A stretch of DNA of 64,000 nt, taken from a virus. Numbering within the stretch: position 1 is the first letter of the stretch; each line of letters opens with the position of its first letter. Location: positions 1 to 64,000 of the IMG/VR virus record IMGVR_UViG_3300045995_000532; one strand, 5' to 3'. A program made the translations under genes and the position numbers. The notes beneath the pieces were generated by a model. That model ran no database searches. It saw only the letters and a list, made by a program, of their open reading frames with translations, and was not told where the DNA came from. Of the stretch, positions 19,168-30,431 are shown in pieces.

Positions 19168-21276
19168 ATGAAGGTCGTCCAGGTCACCCTCGTGAGCGGT
19201 GAGGTTGTCCGCGGGGATACCGCCAAAGTCACCGAGGAGGGGACGTTTGTGATCCGGAGCGGCGGCTCGCACGTCGTCCAGATCGTCGACCCGATCGAGA
19301 CGATCGAGGAGATCGACGTGCCGGACGACGACGCGCGACGAGCAAGGATTGCGGCACGGGAGCGCGCGGCAGAAGAGATGGACGCTGCGGCCGAGCATCA
19401 CTGCCGTCGCTGCCACCGCGGCGTCGAGCACATCCCTGGTGTCGGGTGGGTCGACGTCGTCTCCGGTGACGACGGTGGGACGTACGACATCTGCCCGGAG
19501 GCGGGGAGGTTGAGTAATGGCGAGGAAGACTGGGAGCAGCAGCACGAGGTTGCTCACCCCCGCTGAGTACGCGGCGACGTACCACCTCTGGCAGACGCGC
19601 AAGACCCGTCGGCGTGAGGTTGAAGACCTGCTCGAGCCGTCCATGATTCACGTGTTGGCTGAGCGGGTTCGCCAGGAAGCGGAGCGCAGGTACTGCGACT
19701 CCGAGACAACGATCGACGGTCATCGGAGAGGAGACGGGCATGGATGAGGGTGGCGTGAAGACGATCGACATGGATCGCATCGTGGAGCTCGTCGTCGCAC
19801 ACGGCGTGACCGCGTTCGTTGACCAGACCGGCGGTGGGACGGCCACCATCTACGCAGGGCTGACCCACGCCGATGCCGCCGGTGATCTTCGCTACGCCGC
19901 GTGCGCTGGTCCGGGCGAGTACGGCTGGGGCGCCCGGCCGTCCACCGCCATCGTGGAGGAGTTCTACGTCGGACTGGACGACGACGGAGAGTCCGACGCG
20001 GTCGACGTCAATGACGTCGGTGCCCACGACGAGGCGGCCATCGCGGACCTGATCATCCACCAGGCCATCCGCCTGAGCGACACACCGGTGCCCCTCTCGT
20101 TCGACGAGATCGAGCAGCTCGGGTTCGACGCGACAGGGCGGTCGTCACGGTGATCGCCCCTGAGATCGCTGGACCTCGCGAATGCTGGTGGTGCACCTGC
20201 GGATGCACGGTCATGGTCGGCAGCACGAACATGCGCGGTGTCATCCACGCGGATTTGATCCCGCCCCTCTGCCCGCTCTGCCGAGTCAGCGGCCGCACCG
20301 CGGTCATGCGACCCGGGCGCGTCGCCGTGCAGAGTGTCGTACAGTCGGATACAGTTGTCTCCAACAGCAGTTCATCGAAGAAAGGAACACCACGGTGACC
20401 GACAGCCGGCATGGCCAGACCGACATCCTCGACGTCCCCGCCGAGTATTACGGGGACTTCTACGACGACTACGATCACGACGCAATCAGGGCCGAGCACC
20501 TGGTTCTGATCCAGAAGATGCTCCCCGCCGGCGTCACCCTCCTCGGCAACGGTGAGGTCATCGTCGACCTCAACGTGGTCACCGAGCCGATCTCGATCGA
20601 CTGGCGAGAGATCGGCGAGCTGACGACCGACGAGTTCACCGAGATCGTCAAGCGGCACGACCTCTGGGCCGCCCTCGCCGTCGCCCTGAAGGCGTCGTAC
20701 GCGGAGCAGTTCGACGTCGGCGACGACCGCCCGGTCGCCCGGTTCACCTGCGGATTCCAGGTCATCGACTGGGGCAATGGGGCCTGTGGACCGGTCGAGG
20801 ACCCGGCAGTCGCGACGCTGGACGGCGAGCACACGGTCAGCATCGTTCTCGACGGCCGCGAGTTCGCCCCGGGGGACGTCTGGGATCTGGTCGACGAGGC
20901 GTCCGCCAAGCTCGCGGACTACGGCGTCACGCTCGACTCCAACGGGTGCGGGAGCGACGACCAGCTCCCGACAGAAGTCAGTTCCGGCGAGATTGTTGCC
21001 GGTCAGGCGGCGTCGGTTGCGTACCCCTGGATCGTCGTCGCCGCGACCGTCACCACCGTCCCCGACAACCTGGTTCACGACGAGCTGGGCGGCACCCGCG
21101 GCGTCATCAACCGTGGCACCGCCGAGATCGACGTCGTACGCCTGCCGTACAGCGAGGACAAGGCCGAGTGGGAGCGGCTCGCGGACGCTGCGCTTGCCGA
21201 GTCCGGCTGGGCCCGCACCGGCGCGTGGGTCGAGGACGGCGACTCACTCAGCGCTCAGGTGGAGCAGACCCTGTGA
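19168..21276 (+). CDS. Hypothetical genes (19168-19566, 19517-19747, 19740-20153, 20395-21276)
   Basis: High GC3, coupled junctions. Confidence 0.6.
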
Positions 21277-21707
21277 TCACCGTCGACTACGAAGGCGAGT
21301 ACGGCAACCTCGACCACATCACGCGCAACCAGACCGGTCACGTCCCCACCGCCGCCATCGCCAGCCTACTCGGAGTCAGGGGCGAGCAGCCCGGTCAGCA
21401 CCGCAACCGGCAAGGTGGCGAACGCTGGGAGGACTTCAAGCGGGACGTCGTCAAGTCCGGCTTCCGGCCCATCTTCATCACCGTCGACTTCCGTCAACAG
21501 CCGCGCATCAGCGAAGGCAACCACCGGCGCGACGCCGCTGTCGAACTGGGCATGACAGAGGTGCCGGTGGAGGTCCGCTACTTCGGTCACGCCGAGCGCC
21601 TGTTGTCCCTCAGTGACGAAGGTGAATGGGTTCCGTTGCCGTTCGCGCAGAACGGCCAGCCGTGGGACATCCCGCCAATCGAACGAGAAGAAGGAATCCA
21701 CCTGTGA
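21273..21707 (+). CDS. ParB/Srx-like domain protein
   Basis: PIFITV...ISEGNHRRDAAVELGMTEVPV. Confidence 0.75.
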   Translation: MITVDYEGEYGNLDHITRNQTGHVPTAAIASLLGVRGEQPGQHRNRQGGERWEDFKRDVVKSGFRPIFITVDFRQQPRISEGNHRRDAAVELGMTEVPVEVRYFGHAERLLSLSDEGEWVPLPFAQNGQPWDIPPIEREEGIHL

Positions 21708-22330
21708 CCACCACTCTGAAAACCGTCCGTGCCGCCCTCACCGACCTCGGAGAGGAGCGCGAGGACATCACCGCCGTCGCCTACGACGACACCGAACAGC
21801 CCGGCTGGTCGGGGAACGAGTCGGAGGCGCGGATCTTCCTGACCCGACGCACGAGGGACACCTGCATCGAGTGCGGTCAACCCCTCCCTGCCGGCCGGCC
21901 CGGACCTGTCACCTGGTTCAGCCAGGGCCAGGGCCAGGGAACCCACAACCACGAGCACGGGTGTGGGGTCTGGAACCTGCCCGAGGAGGTCCAGCTGCTG
22001 GTCGAGCACGACGACCTGTACAAGCTGGACGACCTGCTCGCCGGCCTGGTCGACCGTCTCGACACCAAGGTGACGACGCAGCAGAGGGAGAGCGACGCGA
22101 CCGGCGTTCGCGTCGACCTCATCAAGGAACTGCGCACGTTCCTCCGATCCCACGAGGGTGACGACGAGGAAGACATCCTCCCGACCGGCTCAGACGTCGA
22201 GCCGGGTGTCTACCGCGAGGGCGGGCGGTGGGTCGCGTGGAACTTCGACCCCCGCGACGAGACCGAGACGATCACCGTCACCGAGGACGACCTCCCCCAG
22301 AAGAAGACCATGCAGATCGAACAGGACTGA
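21704..22330 (+). CDS. Hypothetical protein with CxxC...HxCG possible Zn site
   Basis: CIECG, HGCG; high GC3. Confidence 0.65.
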   Translation: MTTTLKTVRAALTDLGEEREDITAVAYDDTEQPGWSGNESEARIFLTRRTRDTCIECGQPLPAGRPGPVTWFSQGQGQGTHNHEHGCGVWNLPEEVQLLVEHDDLYKLDDLLAGLVDRLDTKVTTQQRESDATGVRVDLIKELRTFLRSHEGDDEEDILPTGSDVEPGVYREGGRWVAWNFDPRDETETITVTEDDLPQKKTMQIEQD

Positions 22331-22338
22331 GGAACATC

Positions 22339-22809
22339 GTGGCTGAGGACAACCGGTTGCAGTTTCGTGTCGACCCGGACATGAAGGCGTGGCTCGCGGA
22401 CCGTACGTCCCGGACCATGAACTTCGGTTCCCCTGACCTTCGAGCGTTGGCCGAGCTGAGGATGTGGCGCGGACACCTGGCCCTGGAGCTCCGTCAGCAG
22501 CGCTGGACGCTGGCTGAGATCGGGTGCATCGCGGACATCCTCAACGGGACGATCTTCAACGACGTGATCGGCACCGCGGCACTGTTCGCCGAGATCGCGG
22601 ACGCCGTCGACCTCGACCCTGACATCTGGGGCAAGAAGTGGGAGATCGACGAGAAGGAACTGGTCTCCAAGGTTGGCCGACTTGGCCCGACAGCAGCTCA
22701 CGCATTGACCGACGCCGTCTCTCGATGGTGGGCGACCCAGTCGGATCACACCATTGAGGGCTGGGAGCGGGTCGGGGTCCGGATCGCAGCAGAGAGGGGA
22801 GAGTCATGA
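22339..22809 (+). CDS. Putative DNA-binding protein, RHH-like N-terminus
   Basis: RLQFRVDPDMKAWL strand-helix pattern. Confidence 0.55.
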   Translation: MAEDNRLQFRVDPDMKAWLADRTSRTMNFGSPDLRALAELRMWRGHLALELRQQRWTLAEIGCIADILNGTIFNDVIGTAALFAEIADAVDLDPDIWGKKWEIDEKELVSKVGRLGPTAAHALTDAVSRWWATQSDHTIEGWERVGVRIAAERGES

Positions 22810-23641
22810 GCACCACGACGGCGAAGTACACCGGCACCGAGAATGGTGTCTGGTCCAGCGCGGCGGGTGGCTTCATCATGGATGGCATCTACACCGCGAC
22901 CGGCGCTGACGAGGAGGTCAAGCGACTGATCGTCGCAGGTGAGGACCCGGGCGACCTCGAGGTCGTGCCCTTCTGCTCCGAGCACCGCGACGCCGAGCAG
23001 CCCGAGGATGGCTGTGAACTGTGCGACGAGGACGAGGACGAAGACGAAGACGACGAGGAGACGTCGTGAGCACGCGCCCAAAGGTGAGCGACGTCGTCAC
23101 CTACCGCGCGTTCGGTGAGGTGGTGCGCCAGATCACAGTCACGGGCGTCTACGACAACATCCAGAACGGTCAACCAGGTTTCTACGGAGTGGACGCCGAC
23201 GGCGAGGAACGTTGGGGATACGACAGGCAAATCGTCCGCAACGACGGACCCCCGTCGTGAGCCGATTCCGCGACCACCGCCCGCGGCTTGACGCGACCGT
23301 GTGCCGCACGACCCTGCCGGGTGTGAGCGCCTCTACCACTCGACTCGACACTGGAGCCGGGTGACTGCTGCGAGTGCTGCGGTGGTGACGTCTCCGAAAG
23401 ATTAGTGCCCGCTATACGACGACCAACGAGAGGCAAGATGATGACGCTCACGGAACTTCGCCAGATGCTCGACACGATTGAAGCTCCGCACGGGGCAGGG
23501 GTGCTAGTGCTGTGCGGGGGCGACACATTCGACCTCACCTCGGTGACCCCCGAGGTGGACGCAGATGGCGGCACGGTATGGCTCGTGACCAACTGACCAA
23601 CACCGTTTAGCGCCTGCTAACGACTATCAGAGAGGAGAACG

Positions 23642-24544
23642 ATGGAGCTGATGATCGAACCGATGCTGGCAGTGCCCAGCAGCGGGGCCAGCAACCGCCG
23701 GCCGATCCGGCTGGATGAACTGGCTGCCCGAGGTGATTGGGTGGCCTCCGAGAAGATTGACGGCATACGCGGCATCCTCTACTCGGACGGCCGCGTTTCT
23801 CGTCTCTTCAACCGGAAGGGTCGAGAGATCACGGAGCGGTTCCCTGAGGTCGCACGGTTGCGACTCCCGGAGGTGGTCCTCGATGGTGAGATCGTCGCGA
23901 AAGATCGCATGTTCCAGACCGTGGCGACCCGGGACAAGCAGACGACAGGGTTCGAGCACGCAGCACGAGCGAACCCTTGCATGCTCATCGCGTTCGACAT
24001 CCTGTCCAAGGGCGGCCAGTTGCTGACGAGTCTCCCACTGCACCAGCGCACCCAGCTGATGCGTGAGGTTGTTGGCCGGCGTCGCAACCTTCGACCCGTC
24101 AAGCAGTCGACGGACCTCATGAGGCTCTGGCGTCAGATCGCGGCCGCGGGCGGTGAGGGCGTGATCGCGAAGCAGCGGTCGTCCCTCTACCTCCCCGGTG
24201 AGCGCTCCGGGTCGTGGGTCAAGTTCAAGACCCTCCAGCGCATCACTGCGATCGCCGGCAGTTACAACGTCGGCGAGAACCGAGAGTTCGGCGCGATGAA
24301 CCTGTCCTTGCTCGACGGCATCAAGGAGGTAAAGATCGGCCGGGTTGGCACCGGCTGGACTGTGGCCCAGCAGAAGGACCTGAAGGCCCGGATGGATGCC
24401 GGCGAGATCCTACTGGTGGAGATCGAGGCCCTCAACCGGACCCCCGACAATGCACTACGGTTCCCTGTATTCCTGCACGAAAGGACTGATCTCGACTTTT
24501 CGGCGGCCACCGCCGACCAACTCAAGTTACTTCCCGTCTACTGA
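23642..24544 (+). CDS. ATP-dependent DNA ligase
   Basis: PMLA, EKIDGIR (KxDG), LDGEI, AFDIL, EGVIAK, WVKFK, VGTG, LRFP. Confidence 0.93.
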   Translation: MELMIEPMLAVPSSGASNRRPIRLDELAARGDWVASEKIDGIRGILYSDGRVSRLFNRKGREITERFPEVARLRLPEVVLDGEIVAKDRMFQTVATRDKQTTGFEHAARANPCMLIAFDILSKGGQLLTSLPLHQRTQLMREVVGRRRNLRPVKQSTDLMRLWRQIAAAGGEGVIAKQRSSLYLPGERSGSWVKFKTLQRITAIAGSYNVGENREFGAMNLSLLDGIKEVKIGRVGTGWTVAQQKDLKARMDAGEILLVEIEALNRTPDNALRFPVFLHERTDLDFSAATADQLKLLPVY

Positions 24545-25267
24545 TCAGGAGGAAGAAGCAATGGCACAATACGTCGCAATCGCTGGACGGTGGCCGGAGG
24601 GTCCACTTGACATGCTCGCCGGTGGACCGGACCGAGCCACCACGCGCCAGATGGCGCTCAACCTGCTCGACAAGTTCCCGTTGCCCGACGAGGGGGAACT
24701 CAGGCTTCTCCAGGTGCTCGAGACGCCGGCCGAGGTGTGGCACGCGGACGTCACCTACAACCGCAACGAAGCCGCGCACCCGACGTCGTCGTGCAGCGAC
24801 TGTGGGCACGCGAGTGACTGCGCAACCCACAACGACCCAGCGATGCCCTCGGGCGCCTGCACCTGCAAGGCGAGTGAGGGCATGTAGCGGATATACCCCC
24901 GGACCTGTGTCTTTAGTAGGTGTGTCCATCAGGAGGAAGGAGCACGGACATGAGTGATGAGGTCAGGCAGGCGCTGGCCCAGGAGCGGCACGACGCTGAG
25001 CTGGAAGCGGCCGACGACGTCAGTGGGGAGACCTTCGATCCGTCGGAGGACAACGTCTTCGACGAGGACGCCCAGTACGAGCGGCAGCGGGAGGTGAGGA
25101 AGTGGGGGCAGTGAAGAGGTCGACGATGCCCTCGTCATCCACCTGGTCGACCCCACGTCGGACGGACCAGCGCAGTCGGACATCTTCTGGGACCTGTGGG
25201 ACCTGCCTGACACGATCCCCGGTGTTCGGATCTACCACCACAACCACCTCTTGACGAGGAGCGCGAC

Positions 25268-25768
25268 ATGAAGCCGTCCGCCTACGAAGCCGTCCAGGAC
25301 GTGCTGGACGCCTCCTCGATGCTCACCCTGGCACTATCCAACGTCACCCCCGGCACGCGTCTCACAGCGCTGGCGGAGCTGCTTGACGGGGTGCAGCAGA
25401 AACTGTCCCGGGTCAACGCGCTCCTCACGATGTATCCGGACCTCACGCTCGAGTTCACCCCCGGTGAGCAGTTCACCGCCGGTGAGTCCAGCGAGATCGC
25501 AGCCTTGGCGGAGGCTGCGATGTTCTCCATCCCTGACCGGCTCGACGGTCTCCTGGTGGCCAACGCCAAGGACGGCCGAGTGATCAGCAGCGAGATCGCG
25601 GCCGCCCTTCACGAGCGTCCGGTCACCTTCGTCTGGGACGCCGCGGCTCGGCGAGGAACGGTCGACATCCGACCGCTCCTGTACTCACTTCTCGACCAGA
25701 TCGACCCGCACGGTGAAGACGCCCCAGGTTTCTGGGGGGACAACGACGACGACAAAGAGGAGGACTAA
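25268..25768 (+). CDS. Hypothetical protein coupled to RuvB-like gene
   Basis: GAGGAG SD; stop abuts next ATG. Confidence 0.7.
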   Translation: MKPSAYEAVQDVLDASSMLTLALSNVTPGTRLTALAELLDGVQQKLSRVNALLTMYPDLTLEFTPGEQFTAGESSEIAALAEAAMFSIPDRLDGLLVANAKDGRVISSEIAAALHERPVTFVWDAAARRGTVDIRPLLYSLLDQIDPHGEDAPGFWGDNDDDKEED

Positions 25769-26809
25769 ATGCCCATGCCGAGGGAGGTACTCGCTCGCAG
25801 GATCCAAGCGATGCCCGGCGCCAAAACCGGTGACCGGCTCTTCGAGGGCACCACATACCCGCGCAACTGGGATGAGTACGTTGGCCAGAAGTTGGCCGTG
25901 GAGCACATCAAGGGCTCGTGCGTGGCAGCGAAGATCCGCGGCGAGCGACTCGGCCACGTGCTGATCGCAAGTGGTGCACACGGGATCGGCAAGACCGCAG
26001 TCGCGAAGCTGATCGCCCAAGAGATGGGCGTCGGGCTGCTCGAGGTCCAGGGTGCGATGAACCTCCGTGAGGGGCTGCGCGTCTTCGCGTCCATGGCTGA
26101 CGGTGACATCCTGTTCTGGGACGAGATCCACCTAGCCGTGGTCGGCGGCAAAAGCAGGGCGGAGTGGCTCCTGCCGGTGATGACGGAGGGGCACATCGTG
26201 ACCCCCACGGGCGCTGTGATGATCCCTGACGTCACGATCATCGGCGCCACGACGGACGCTCAGAAGCTCCCGCAGACGATGCTGTCCCGCTTCCTGATCA
26301 ACCCGGTGCTCGTCCCGTACACCGACGCGCAGGCACAGGCGATCGCGAAGGTGTCCGCCGGCAAGATCTTCACCCACCCGTCGCTGGATCTGCCGAATGA
26401 CTGGGTGCTGCGAGTCATTGCGAGGGCCGCCAACAACAACCCGCGCGCGATCGCCAAGCTGCTCAGCACGCTGCGTGACTCCGCCCTGGCGGGCTTGTGC
26501 TTGCGGACACCCAACGGTGGGTACTCGCTGGACACGATGTTCCGGTGGGCCGGCGTCACTGCTGACGGGCTCGACACCCTCGCCCAGGACTACCTGATCG
26601 TGCTGTCCACCCAGCTGAACGGCAAGGCCGGCAAGGACGCCATCGCGTCAGCACTGGGGGAGCCGACTCTGCCCCGGTACACCGAGCAGCTGCTCAAGGA
26701 CAAGGGGTTCCTGACGGGCACCTCCAGCGGTCAGGAACTCACTGGTGAGGGTGCTGCTCGCGCCCTCCAACTCACGCTCGCCAGGATCGCGCAGGAAGAG
26801 GAGAAATGA
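25769..26809 (+). CDS. ruvB: RuvB-like Holliday junction AAA+ ATPase (divergent)
   Basis: PRNWDEYVGQ, AAKIRGERLGHVLI, GIGKT, ILFWDEIH, IGATT, SRF, PRAI, GLD, C-terminal wHTH. Confidence 0.85.
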   Translation: MPMPREVLARRIQAMPGAKTGDRLFEGTTYPRNWDEYVGQKLAVEHIKGSCVAAKIRGERLGHVLIASGAHGIGKTAVAKLIAQEMGVGLLEVQGAMNLREGLRVFASMADGDILFWDEIHLAVVGGKSRAEWLLPVMTEGHIVTPTGAVMIPDVTIIGATTDAQKLPQTMLSRFLINPVLVPYTDAQAQAIAKVSAGKIFTHPSLDLPNDWVLRVIARAANNNPRAIAKLLSTLRDSALAGLCLRTPNGGYSLDTMFRWAGVTADGLDTLAQDYLIVLSTQLNGKAGKDAIASALGEPTLPRYTEQLLKDKGFLTGTSSGQELTGEGAARALQLTLARIAQEEEK

Positions 26810-27104
26810 CCAATCACATGTTCACACTGCACCAGGCGGGCGCCAACCCGAGGATGACGCAGGTGAACTTCCCGAACGTGACCTTCAAAAAGGTCACCAT
26901 CACCCGCCCGCCCCGCAAGGCTGAGGTAGACACCATTCGGAGAAGCAGGATCCCCGAGAGTTCCGCGCATCCCTACGAGCCGGACGGGGTTCGTAGCCCG
27001 CTGCATACCGACCCGATGTGCCGCGCTTGCAGTCAGCCCAAGAGCCACTACCTCCACACCATCTCGGACCTGACCTTCCATGCAGGGGACATCCTGCGCG
27101 CAGC

Positions 27105-27136
27105 GTGACGTTCTGACCGATACGTCAGACCGGCGG
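27105..27136 (+). promoter_or_regulatory. Inverted-arm site copy 2
   Basis: GTGACGTTCTGAC-CGATAC-GTCAGACCGGCGG, at a gene end/intergenic gap. Confidence 0.6.
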
Positions 27137-27180
27137 GGTCCTCTTGGGCTCCGTCTTTTCCATGCCTAAAGGGACGTTAA

Positions 27181-28200
27181 ATGAGTGAACTCGGCAAGTA
27201 TCTTGAAACCACCGGCAAGTTGCCGGCGGATACCGTCCTGGGTGACCTCACCATCACCACCGTCACAGAGGGGGCATACGTGAGAGAGGATGTCGTGGGA
27301 CTGTTCGAGGATCTGGACCTGGACCCATCGTTCATCCCGCCGACGTCGACCGCCATCGACGCGTTCAACAAGGCGACTCGCCGCAAAGATCTGCAGTACG
27401 AGATGCCGAACGGTTCGATCGGATTCATCCAGGTAGACCAGGTCACCTCACCAAACCCGGCTGAGATGGTCGGGCGAATGCTGACCCGCCGGGAAATGGT
27501 TCGGTCCAAGTCGATCCTCGACTTCTCGAAGGTGGGCGAGATCCACTTGTACCGCGGCCCCCGCCGAAGCGGACCCACCAGGCGGGTCGACGACACAGGC
27601 GCCCGGCTCCTGATCTCACTGGCAAGCAACGACCCAGAACTCAAGATCAGCCCGGCAGAGAAGCACACGATCACACAGTTCGCGTACGGGATCCAGCAGG
27701 ACTACGAACGCTACTTCTCCACCCTGGATGGCAACGCGATGCGCAAGCTCTTCCGCTGCTACCAGCGGCGCCGGCTCGCGGCGACGAAGATCAAGGACTC
27801 GTTGTACTTCATTCCCGTGCAGTTCTCGGGTGAACTCGCCCGGCTCAAGGAGGCTGCTGACAACATCTCTGGATGTACGTTGGACCTAGTGCCGCTGGTC
27901 GATATGGTTGCCCAGAGGGATCACGTCATCAGGACCTTCCAAGCAGAGACGGAGGAGACGATGCGCGCTCTGGTCGTCGAACTTCAGGAGGCTCGATCGA
28001 AGGGGCGCGTCTCCGTGACCATCCTCAGCCGGCTCCGTCAGCAGTTCGACGACCTGATGGGCCGCGTAGACACCTACACCGACGCACTCGGTGAGGCATC
28101 GATCCGACCAAGCAGCACAGCCGACGTGGTCAAAGCTGCATTGGCAGCATTGTCGAGTGACTTCATCAACACCAACAGAAAGGATCACGAATGGCTATGA
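27181..28200 (+). CDS. Hypothetical protein (possibly DUF6744/DUF3150-like)
   Basis: 339-aa ORF; DAFNKAT and LYFIP segments; family call tentative. Confidence 0.6.
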   Translation: MSELGKYLETTGKLPADTVLGDLTITTVTEGAYVREDVVGLFEDLDLDPSFIPPTSTAIDAFNKATRRKDLQYEMPNGSIGFIQVDQVTSPNPAEMVGRMLTRREMVRSKSILDFSKVGEIHLYRGPRRSGPTRRVDDTGARLLISLASNDPELKISPAEKHTITQFAYGIQQDYERYFSTLDGNAMRKLFRCYQRRRLAATKIKDSLYFIPVQFSGELARLKEAADNISGCTLDLVPLVDMVAQRDHVIRTFQAETEETMRALVVELQEARSKGRVSVTILSRLRQQFDDLMGRVDTYTDALGEASIRPSSTADVVKAALAALSSDFINTNRKDHEWL

Positions 28201-28694
28201 ACGACACCAAGCCGCAGACGACCCGGGGCCTGAACATCTTCCGCGACGCCACCAGGGACGCCGAGCGGGTTGCGCTCCAGGTCCGCGTCATGAACGGGAA
28301 GGTCCTCGAACCGATCGACATCTCGCTCCTGCATGGCGTCATCCAACGTCACCTGGCCTCCCTACTTAGAGTGATCAACGTCGAACTGCACACCGGCGAC
28401 GTCTTCGACCTGGACATCGAGCCGATGACCCCACCGACAAGGCCGCGCATCGAGGTCGAGGTCGGCATGAACGAGGACGTCATCGACGGACTCGAGGAGG
28501 AGGGCTTCTTCGACAAGTTCGAGCCGGGGGAGGAGCGGTCTCGTGCGCTCCACGCCATCGCCTGCATGGACGAACTCATCTTCAGCGCCCAGTTCATCGA
28601 GCACGACGGCGGCCGGGACCTCTGGCTGGCGAACGGCCTGGAAGACGTCGTCATGAAGGCACTACTCATCATGGCCGGCAAGCCGCTGGACTAA
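28191..28694 (+). CDS. Hypothetical protein
   Basis: High GC3, overlaps upstream stop. Confidence 0.7.
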   Translation: MAMNDTKPQTTRGLNIFRDATRDAERVALQVRVMNGKVLEPIDISLLHGVIQRHLASLLRVINVELHTGDVFDLDIEPMTPPTRPRIEVEVGMNEDVIDGLEEEGFFDKFEPGEERSRALHAIACMDELIFSAQFIEHDGGRDLWLANGLEDVVMKALLIMAGKPLD

Positions 28695-28767
28695 GGTTCG
28701 ACATCGACCACGGATTCCGAGTAACGTCAGTAACTCAACTTCTAGCACAACCCGAGGAGAGTTTTCA

Positions 28768-29115
28768 ATGGCGCAGCGAGTCATCACCACCCTGGTCGAC
28801 GACGTCGACGGTGGCGCGGCCGTCGAGACGGTCCACTTCGCTCTCGACGGTGCGACCTACACGATCGATCTCAGCGAACAGAACGCAGCCAAGCTGCGCG
28901 ACGCGCTGATCCCGTACCTCACGAACGGGAGCCGGCAGGGCCGCTCCACCACGACCGCGGCGCGCGCACCGAAGGCCGGGGGCGATCGGCGAGACAAGGC
29001 CCAGACGCAGGCCATCCGAGACTGGGCCAACGCGAACGGCCACCAGGTCAGTGCCCGCGGACGACTCGCGCAGGGCGTCGTCGACGCGTACGAGGCTGCG
29101 CACGCCGTAGTGTGA
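28768..29115 (+). CDS. lsr2: Lsr2 nucleoid-associated protein
   Basis: LVDDVDG..A.ETVHFALDG..Y.IDLS...AIRDWA..NGHQVSARGR. Confidence 0.95.
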   Translation: MAQRVITTLVDDVDGGAAVETVHFALDGATYTIDLSEQNAAKLRDALIPYLTNGSRQGRSTTTAARAPKAGGDRRDKAQTQAIRDWANANGHQVSARGRLAQGVVDAYEAAHAVV

Positions 29116-29117
29116 CG

Positions 29118-29169
29118 ACAGGAGAACCGGACCGGCAAGCGCCCCCCCGCGCCCGGTCCGGTTCTCTGT
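29118..29169. terminator. Hairpin after lsr2
   Basis: GAGAACCGGACCGG ... CCGGTCCGGTTCTC. Confidence 0.7.
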
Positions 29170-29221
29170 CCCCCGTGTAGGACCCTTGACAGAGCCCACC
29201 CGTGTACGACAGTCTGTATAC

Positions 29222-29461
29222 ATGACAACGACGACCACGGCTACCGAGGTCTGGCAAGCTCGCATCGAGCACGCGCTCGCCGACCAGCTACGCGCAGACG
29301 CCGAAGTCCTAGGCCTCAACAGCCGCACGGAGATCGTGAAAGCGGCACTCCAGGACCTGCATCGGCGCGCAGTCGAGGAACGCATGGCCCAGTCCTTTGA
29401 TGACTTCTACCACGGCGAAGAGCCACCGCCACCGATCGGCGTCATCCCAGCTGAGGCCTGA
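29222..29461 (+). CDS. Antitoxin (RHH-like) of MazF-type pair
   Basis: Small gene directly upstream of toxin; SRTEIVKAALQ helix; TTGACA at 29186. Confidence 0.75.
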   Translation: MTTTTTATEVWQARIEHALADQLRADAEVLGLNSRTEIVKAALQDLHRRAVEERMAQSFDDFYHGEEPPPPIGVIPAEA

Positions 29462-29465
29462 GACG

Positions 29466-29780
29466 GTGTTTCGCGGCGAAGTATGGGATGTCCGGTTCCC
29501 TGTCTTCGGGGAGCATCCTGCGGTGATCTTGAGCGTCAATGCGTACAATCAACGACTCGGACATGTCGTCGTTGTCCCGATTACAGGAACACTGGGCCCG
29601 GTGATGTCACACGTCACACTCACTCTTGATTCTGGCCTCACCAAGTACGACGAGTCATACGCCGATATCACCACATTGCAGTCGATCGCAAAAGGCCGGC
29701 TACTACGTCGCCGCGGCCTGCTTGCCAGACCTGAACTAGCTCACATCGAAGCAACGATTCGCATCTACCTCGGCGTGTGA
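29466..29780 (+). CDS. mazF: PemK/MazF-family toxin
   Basis: RGEVWDV, HPAVILS...YN, VVVVPIT, SYADITTLQSI, RRGLL. Confidence 0.88.
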   Translation: MFRGEVWDVRFPVFGEHPAVILSVNAYNQRLGHVVVVPITGTLGPVMSHVTLTLDSGLTKYDESYADITTLQSIAKGRLLRRRGLLARPELAHIEATIRIYLGV

Positions 29781-30045
29781 CGAGATTGTAGGCCAGCAGC
29801 CTAGTGAGTGCTTAGCCCTTGCCGACGGCAGACCCTGGCGACGGCTTGAGCGAGACGGGTGACTGGTGATCTCAGGGGTGCGCGTACCGCATCAGATGCG
29901 ATACGCGCTACTCGAGTTGTCATAATATCCATTATCGGCGTACGTCAGGGAGGAGCTCGGCCGTGAGCAAGCATCCGCCGCTGCCCAATCTGCCGTTCTC
30001 CCGTGCCATGCAGGCGCTACGCATGTCCTCCGCCACCGACCGTCA

Positions 30046-30431
30046 TGCGGATGGACGAACCCGACGCGCACGCACCCGCGCCGCGGCGAAGGTCCGCGCA
30101 GTGCGCGACCAGCAGTAGCATAACCAGGGTGATCTACCGCCACCCTGAGTTGATCTGTCCCGTCTGTGGCTACAAGCAAGATGCGACAGCATTCGCCGGA
30201 GCCACAGACCTGGACAACCATATGCCGCCCGGCAACGACGACCGAGCGATCTGCCTAGCGTGCACGAGCGTCAACATCTTCACCCTAGGCGGCGCCGCAC
30301 TACGCCTGCCAACCGCTGACGAGCGCGCCGAGTTTGCCCTGAATCCGGTGATTCAGCGGGCTGTCCAGGCCATGATTAGCGCCCGAGATAGATCAAGCTC
30401 CTGGCCTAGCGCAACCAACCAGACTCGCTGA
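30046..30431 (+). CDS. Zn-ribbon hypothetical protein
   Basis: CPVC and CLAC pairs; start uncertain. Confidence 0.5.

Noticed and set aside
21273-21707. The ParB partner of parA
   Set aside because: Small catalytic-type domain without HTH, far from parA, which has its own coupled partner
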